Source: an uncultured Fibrobacterota bacterium (lineage in GTDB: Bacteria > Fibrobacterota > Chitinivibrionia > Chitinivibrionales > FEN-1185). Taken from it: a DNA stretch of 64,000 nt. Below, one piece after another: positions 58,585 through 64,000 of the stretch (its first letter is position 1; each line of letters opens with the position of its first letter). The notes under the pieces were generated by a model that saw only the letters and a list, made by a program, of their open reading frames with translations, was not told the origin of the DNA and ran no database searches. Made by a program: the position numbers and the translations under genes. Where the stretch lies: NCBI GenBank assembly GCA_963729895.1, contig CAVSQB010000030.1:1-64000 (forward strand), given 5' to 3'.

Positions 58585-59814
58585 CTATCTTCTTCCAATG
58601 GCGACACTTATCCTGTCCAGCGCCCTTTGAACATTTTCCCGGCTGTTGAATGCGCTGAGCCGCACGAACCCCTCTCCGCATCGTCCAAAGCCGGCGCCCG
58701 GTGTGCAGACTACTCCTGCTTTATCAAGCAGCATGTCGAAAAATTGCCAGGAATCCATTCCTGCGTCCACCCAGATGTAGGGCGCGTTTTTCCCGCCAAA
58801 GGTTTCGTATCCCAGGCTCGACAGGGCATTCACAATAAGCGAGGCATTGCCCAGATAATAATCGTTGATCTGCCGGACCTGATTTTGGCCTTCCTCGGAG
58901 TAAATGGCTTCCGCCGCGCGCTGCACCATATAACATACGCCGTTGAACTTGGTGGTGTGGCGCCTGTTCCATAGTGCATGCAGCGACTGCGGCCTGCCCG
59001 CAGTGTCAAAGGCGACGCACGATTTCGGGACGACGGTGTAGGCGCAGCGCGTCCCGGTGAACCCGGCCGTCTTGGAATAGCTGCGAAACTCCACAGCCAC
59101 ATCCCGCGCGCCCGGTATTTCGAAGATGCTTTGCGGAAGCGAACTGTCCCGGATGAAGGCCACATAGGCGGCATCGTAGAGTATGAGCGCCTTGTTCGCT
59201 CGAGCCCACTCAACCCATTGGACAAGCTGCTGCCTTGTAATGGCGGCGCCGGTCGGATTGTTCGGAAAGCATAAATAGACAAGATCGATGTGCTCGGACG
59301 GCAAATCCGGAACAAAGGAATTCCGGGGCGTCGACTCCAGATAGTACATTCCGGCATACCGTCCGTTTTCGAATGCACCCGTCCTGCCGGCCATGACATT
59401 GCTGTCCACGTAGACGGGGTACACGGGGTCGGGAATGGCTATCCTGATGCCGGTTGAAAAAAGTTCCTGAAAGTTGCCGGTGTCGCATTTGGCGCCGTCG
59501 GAAATGAACACTTCGTCGGGCGAAATGTCCGCTCCGCGAGCCCGGTAGTCGAATTCGGCCACCTTCTCCTTTAGAAAACCGTACCCCTGTTCGTCGCCGT
59601 ATCCGTGAAATGTTGCGTCGTTCGCCATTTCGTTGGTCGCTTTGTGAAATGCGTCGATGCACACGCGGGGAAGTGCGCGCGTCGCATCGCCGATCCCGAG
59701 CCGGATAACCTCGCGATCAGGGTGGGACTTCCCATAGGCATCGACACGCCTCGCCACGTCCGAGAACAAATAGGATGATTTGAGCTTGAGGTAGTTTTCA
59801 TTGACGGTGATCAT
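58585..59814 (-). CDS. dapL: LL-diaminopimelate aminotransferase
   Basis: YLFSD, LGIGD, SDGAKCD, PNNPTG, SKTAGFTGTRC, PGAGFG. Confidence 0.95.
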   Translation of the reverse strand: MITVNENYLKLKSSYLFSDVARRVDAYGKSHPDREVIRLGIGDATRALPRVCIDAFHKATNEMANDATFHGYGDEQGYGFLKEKVAEFDYRARGADISPDEVFISDGAKCDTGNFQELFSTGIRIAIPDPVYPVYVDSNVMAGRTGAFENGRYAGMYYLESTPRNSFVPDLPSEHIDLVYLCFPNNPTGAAITRQQLVQWVEWARANKALILYDAAYVAFIRDSSLPQSIFEIPGARDVAVEFRSYSKTAGFTGTRCAYTVVPKSCVAFDTAGRPQSLHALWNRRHTTKFNGVCYMVQRAAEAIYSEEGQNQVRQINDYYLGNASLIVNALSSLGYETFGGKNAPYIWVDAGMDSWQFFDMLLDKAGVVCTPGAGFGRCGEGFVRLSAFNSRENVQRALDRISVAIGRR

Positions 59815-60018
59815 GACGGTCCTTTGCCTGAAGGATTGGGAAAATGCGAAACGTCATATGATACTTCATGTAGCGGGAAATGTCAATTTTTCACAAAGGC
59901 CTGTTCCGTTTCGAGGAAGCATGTTCTATTTTGTTTGATCGACACGGAAACGCCGCGAATGGCATCGAACGATGCATTCCGGCCGGCAGCATCACCCTAC
60001 GTCACCGAAAGCGGCACC

Positions 60019-62232
60019 ATGGGAATTCTTACCGAAAGGGAAATTGACGATATTGTCCGAAGCGATTTGCGCGATCCGTTCAAAACGCTCGGCATGCACT
60101 GGGAAAAGACGGGGATAAGTGTCCGGGCGTTCCTTCCGGAAGCATCTTCCGTCAAGGTGAGCGGGCTGGGAAAATCGAAAACGTATTACGACATGAAAAG
60201 GGTACATGACGCAGGCGTCTTCGAAGTGGCCATTCCTTCCCGGAAAAAGTTTTTCAACTATGAATTCGTGTGCGCGTTGTCCGACGGCTCCAAGACGCGC
60301 CTGAGAGATCCCTACAGCTTTCTTCCGGTGATGACCGAGGAGTCGCGATACCTTTTCAACGAAGGTACGCATCAGCGCGTGTACGACGACCTCGGATCTC
60401 ACGAGAAAACAGTTGACGGCGCCGCCGGGTGCGTGTTCGCGGTGTGGGCGCCCAACGCGAAGCGGGTTTCCCTGGTTGGTAATTTCAATGGCTGGGACGG
60501 CAGGCGGCACCCGATGCGGCTTTTGGGAGCCTCCGGCGTGTGGGAGCTTTTTGTGCCGGGCCTGGGGGCCGGCACAATTTACAAATACGAAATAAAGAAG
60601 TGGGACCGTGACCACCTTGCGCTCAAGACGGACCCCTGCGGTTACTACCAGGAGCCGCCGCCCCATCACGCGTCAATCGTGTTCAACATTGACGCGTTTG
60701 AGTGGGAAGACCGCGAATGGATCGAGAGCCGCCAAAAGGGAAACCTTCTCAAACAGCCGATGTCGATTTACGAAGTGCATCTCGGTTCCTGGAGGAAAAG
60801 CGGGCCGAGGCGCGACGGCGACTGGCTGACCTACCGTGAGCTTGCGGTGCAGCTTGCGCAGTATGTAAAGGAAATGGGGTATACCCACGTTGAACTGCTG
60901 CCTGTTCAAGACCATCCGTACGTGCCGTCGTGGGGATATCAGGTGTGCGGTTTTTATGCGCCTAACCACCGGTTCGGCACGCCCATGGACTTCCAGTTCT
61001 TCGTCAACCATTTGCACAAGAACGGCATCGGCGTCATCATCGACTGGGTCCCCGGCCACTTTCCGAAAGACGCCTACGGTCTGGCCCATTTCGACGGTTC
61101 GCACCTGTACGAATATGCCGATCCGAGAGAGGGCGAACATAAAGACTGGGGTACCCTCATTTTCAACTGGGGCAGGCACGAGGTGAGGAACTTCCTGTTT
61201 GCAAATGCCCTGTACTGGATCGAAAAATACCATATAGACGGTCTGCGCGTAGACGCGGTTGCGTCCATGCTGTACCGCAACTACAGCCGGAAAAACGGCG
61301 AGTGGATCCCCAACAGGCATGGCGGCGTGGAGAACGAAGAGGCCATCAATTTTCTCCAGACCATGAATCGGCTCGTGCACGAAAAGTTTCCCGGCGCCGT
61401 CACTATCGCGGAGGAGAGCACGGCATGGCCCATGGTGTCGAGGCCCACCTATCTCGGAGGCTTGGGTTTCACCTTCAAATGGAACATGGGTTGGATGCAC
61501 GACATGCTCAGCTATTTTTCAAAGGACCCCATCTACCGCAAATACCATCAGAACCAGATTACCTTTACGCTCTGGTATGCTTTTACGGAGAATTTCGTTC
61601 TTGTCGTATCTCACGATGAAGTCGTGCATGGCAAGTGCAGTCTTCTTGAGAAAATGCCCGGAGACGTCTGGAGGAAATTCGCCAATGCACGCGCGTTTTT
61701 CGGTTTTCTATACGGCCACCCCGGGAAGAAGCTCATGTTCCAGGGATGCGAGTTCGGCATGCACTGGGAATGGGATGCGGAACAGTCGATCAACTGGCAT
61801 ATTCTGTCCGAAGAGGACGATTGCTACCATCATAACAGCCTCATGAAATTCGTGGCCGACATGAACAAGCTTTATAAAAGGGAGTCTGCGTTGTGGGAGT
61901 TGGACTACGAGAATGCGGGGTTCCAGTGGATCGATTTTAACGATGCGGACAGTTCGACAATTTCGTTCATCAGGCGCGGCAATGAGTGGCACAACATTCT
62001 GGTATTTGTGTGCAATTTTGCGCCGGTGGTAAGGCGTCACTACCGGGTTGGGGTTCCCTTTGGCGGGAAATACGAGGAGGTCGTCAATTCGGATGCGACG
62101 GTCTATGGCGGCGCCGGCTACGGCAATGGCGGCGTGGTGAACGCGGACAATTTTCCCCTGCACAACCAGCCGATGTCGCTCGACTTGACGCTGCCTCCAC
62201 TCGCAGTGCTGATTTTCAAGTGGAAGAGATGA
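60019..62232 (+). CDS. glgB: 1,4-alpha-glucan branching enzyme
   Basis: VWAPNA, YEVHLGSW, DWVPGHFP, RVDAVASM, AEEST, SHDEVVHGK. Confidence 0.96.
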   Translation: MGILTEREIDDIVRSDLRDPFKTLGMHWEKTGISVRAFLPEASSVKVSGLGKSKTYYDMKRVHDAGVFEVAIPSRKKFFNYEFVCALSDGSKTRLRDPYSFLPVMTEESRYLFNEGTHQRVYDDLGSHEKTVDGAAGCVFAVWAPNAKRVSLVGNFNGWDGRRHPMRLLGASGVWELFVPGLGAGTIYKYEIKKWDRDHLALKTDPCGYYQEPPPHHASIVFNIDAFEWEDREWIESRQKGNLLKQPMSIYEVHLGSWRKSGPRRDGDWLTYRELAVQLAQYVKEMGYTHVELLPVQDHPYVPSWGYQVCGFYAPNHRFGTPMDFQFFVNHLHKNGIGVIIDWVPGHFPKDAYGLAHFDGSHLYEYADPREGEHKDWGTLIFNWGRHEVRNFLFANALYWIEKYHIDGLRVDAVASMLYRNYSRKNGEWIPNRHGGVENEEAINFLQTMNRLVHEKFPGAVTIAEESTAWPMVSRPTYLGGLGFTFKWNMGWMHDMLSYFSKDPIYRKYHQNQITFTLWYAFTENFVLVVSHDEVVHGKCSLLEKMPGDVWRKFANARAFFGFLYGHPGKKLMFQGCEFGMHWEWDAEQSINWHILSEEDDCYHHNSLMKFVADMNKLYKRESALWELDYENAGFQWIDFNDADSSTISFIRRGNEWHNILVFVCNFAPVVRRHYRVGVPFGGKYEEVVNSDATVYGGAGYGNGGVVNADNFPLHNQPMSLDLTLPPLAVLIFKWKR

Positions 62233-62440
62233 AGAAGGTAGATTTAAAAACGAATATCAAGATAATATTATGGTTTGCTGAGCGTGTGCAGCGTGGATGT
62301 ACCAGTGGCAAGGCTGAAGCTTCTGCTGCGCGCACACTAAAAACGCCCGTCGAGTAAATTGTCAACAGTAAACAAGCAGGGATGGTTCTTTAACTCTTCA
62401 ACAATTCAAATTTTTAGTGCTATTGAGGAGGGAAAAATAC

Positions 62441-62659
62441 ATGAAAAGAATCTATCGCGACATCGATCACAAAATGCTTGCAGGCATCTGCGCCGGTGTG
62501 GGGGAAATGCTGGATATCGATCCTACGCTTGTCCGGCTGGCCATGGTGTTTGCCACTATTGTGACCGGCTTTGTGCCGGGTACCGTCGTGTATTTGGTAG
62601 GATGGTTCATTATTCCGGAAAAGGCCGATGTGGAGCAGGCTTTTTCGAAAAAGAAATAG
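62441..62659 (+). CDS. pspC: PspC domain protein
   Basis: KMLAGICAG..IDPTLVRL..YLVGWFIIP; GAGGAGG RBS. Confidence 0.88.
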   Translation: MKRIYRDIDHKMLAGICAGVGEMLDIDPTLVRLAMVFATIVTGFVPGTVVYLVGWFIIPEKADVEQAFSKKK

Positions 62660-62735
62660 CTGGAACGCCGGGAAAAGTTCCTTTCGAACCGCGCTGAGAG
62701 CCCGCCGAGAGGTGCGCGGATAATAAGAGTTGCCG

Positions 62736-64000
62736 TCAGCGGTTCTTCTCAAATGAAAAGTAAACAGCGGCTCCTTTTCCAACCTCACCCTCGGCCCACG
62801 CGGTACCGCCGTGTTTTTCCGCTATGCTCTTGACAATAGCGAGGCCAATGCCGGTGCCCCTGAACTCTTTTTCCGAATGCAACCGCTGAAAAGGCCTAAA
62901 CAGCCAGGGTGCTTCTTTCATGTCGAACCCTGCGCCGTTATCGCGGACGAAGAATATCTGTATGCCGTTTCTTCTGAGGACGCCGAGTTCGAGCTTTGAA
63001 TGATCGTTCTTGGAGGTGAATTTCCAGGCGTTTCTGATCAGATTTTCCAGGAGAATCCGTGCAAGCCCGGAATCGATACCGGCAACAAGATCGGGCTCTA
63101 TGGCAAAATCAATGTTTCGCGCCGGGTCGGAAGTTTTCAGCTCCTCATAGAATCTCCGGGCAAGGTTGCTAAGGTTGACATTTTCCCTCTGCAGTTCGTG
63201 CGTGGTGACCCTTGACAAGGCTAATAAGTCTGTGATGATCTGCGACATCCGTTCACTGGCCGCAATAATGTGTTCCAGCGCCTCCTTTGAATCCTTTTTC
63301 AAAGAGGATTCCGGGTCACTTGAGAGAACCTCGCTACATGCGATTATCGAGGACACGCTTCGAAACGCTCGGTAATATCGTGGATCACGGCCAGGCCGCC
63401 TTCAATTTCCCCATTGTTGTTGTAAATCGGGGAATAGTTGGCGTCGTAATGGCCTTCGCGGCCGGTTTGGGGGATAACGTATCGCCTGTTTTTCGAGAAG
63501 ACGGTTTTGCCTGCCAGGGCCGCGAGAAAATACTTGTCTTCCCCGATTTCCTTGAGAAACGGGAAGAGATCGAATGCGCATTTGCCGATTGCTTGCTCGC
63601 GGGTGATGCCCGTCATGCGTTCCATGGCGGCATTGCGGACTGTGAACCGGCATTGCTTGTCGAAGGCGTGGATGCCGTCGAAGCTGCTTTCTATGAGGCG
63701 CTCAGAGAACTCCTTTGCCTTCCGCAAAGATTCTTCCGTGTGTTTTTGCCCTGAAATGTCCTGGATTGTTACAATGGTTTGATCCGCGGTTTTCGTTTCT
63801 CCCGCAAAAACCGTGCTTTCCACTATAACAGGCAAAGACGTCCGGTCCCTTGTGATAAGCCTTATTTCACAAGCCTGGCGCGTTTCTTCTTCTTGGAGGT
63901 TCTTTTGCATCAACAGGAAGGCGCTTCTGTCCTCATGTTTGATTAATGAGATAAATGATTTGCGGACCAGGGTGGCCCTGGTGTATCCGAGGAGTGATGC
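62736..64000 (-). pseudogene. PAS-PAS sensor histidine kinase disrupted by an internal deletion and frameshift (5' end outside the window)
   Basis: The PAS-containing frame is open from the window edge to a stop at 63344 (..HDITERFEACPR*). A second frame, 63356-62736, has the post-H-box helix and HATPase. No HDL..P H-box is present. Confidence 0.8.

Noticed and set aside
62282..62336. Possible ncRNA stem between glgB and pspC
   Set aside because: Only a short G-U-containing stem with no recognisable family features; too weak to call.

Overview
A 64-kb stretch of bacterial chromosome, mostly housekeeping genes. The organism is probably an anaerobe (it has pyruvate:ferredoxin oxidoreductase, PFOR, and DapL). 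The SPOR, DUF362-plus-C-terminal-domain and giant TPR proteins suggest the FCB group, perhaps Fibrobacterota/Chitinivibrionia; this is inference only. The first 5.2 kb is an accessory patchwork: a truncated IS3, REP-like palindromes, an epoxide hydrolase with a probable CTG start, a HEPN-MNT pair, a truncated type III Mod methyltransferase and an IS5-like element. Then follow: a Liv-type ABC transporter, a DUF1080 protein, an 11-kb signalling cluster (CheB-CheR fusion, multi-PAS protein, two kinases, response regulator), ogt, PilZ, PFOR, a probable operon of ADP-ribosylglycohydrolase/PilZ/PfkB-like pseudokinase, cmk-rpsA, pilT-pilC, a TPR/RppH/ECF sigma/anti-sigma cluster with an IS5 just upstream, an amidase, a low-molecular-weight phosphatase, tyrS, DUF362, mtgA, a complete F-type ATP synthase operon, a membrane PilZ protein, dapL, glgB, pspC and a histidine kinase that has lost its H-box. 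I found no rRNA, tRNA or CRISPR array. The best candidate for an undescribed module is the hydrolase/PilZ/pseudokinase operon at 27.5-29.9 kb. All calls come from motif recognition by eye; no searches were run.
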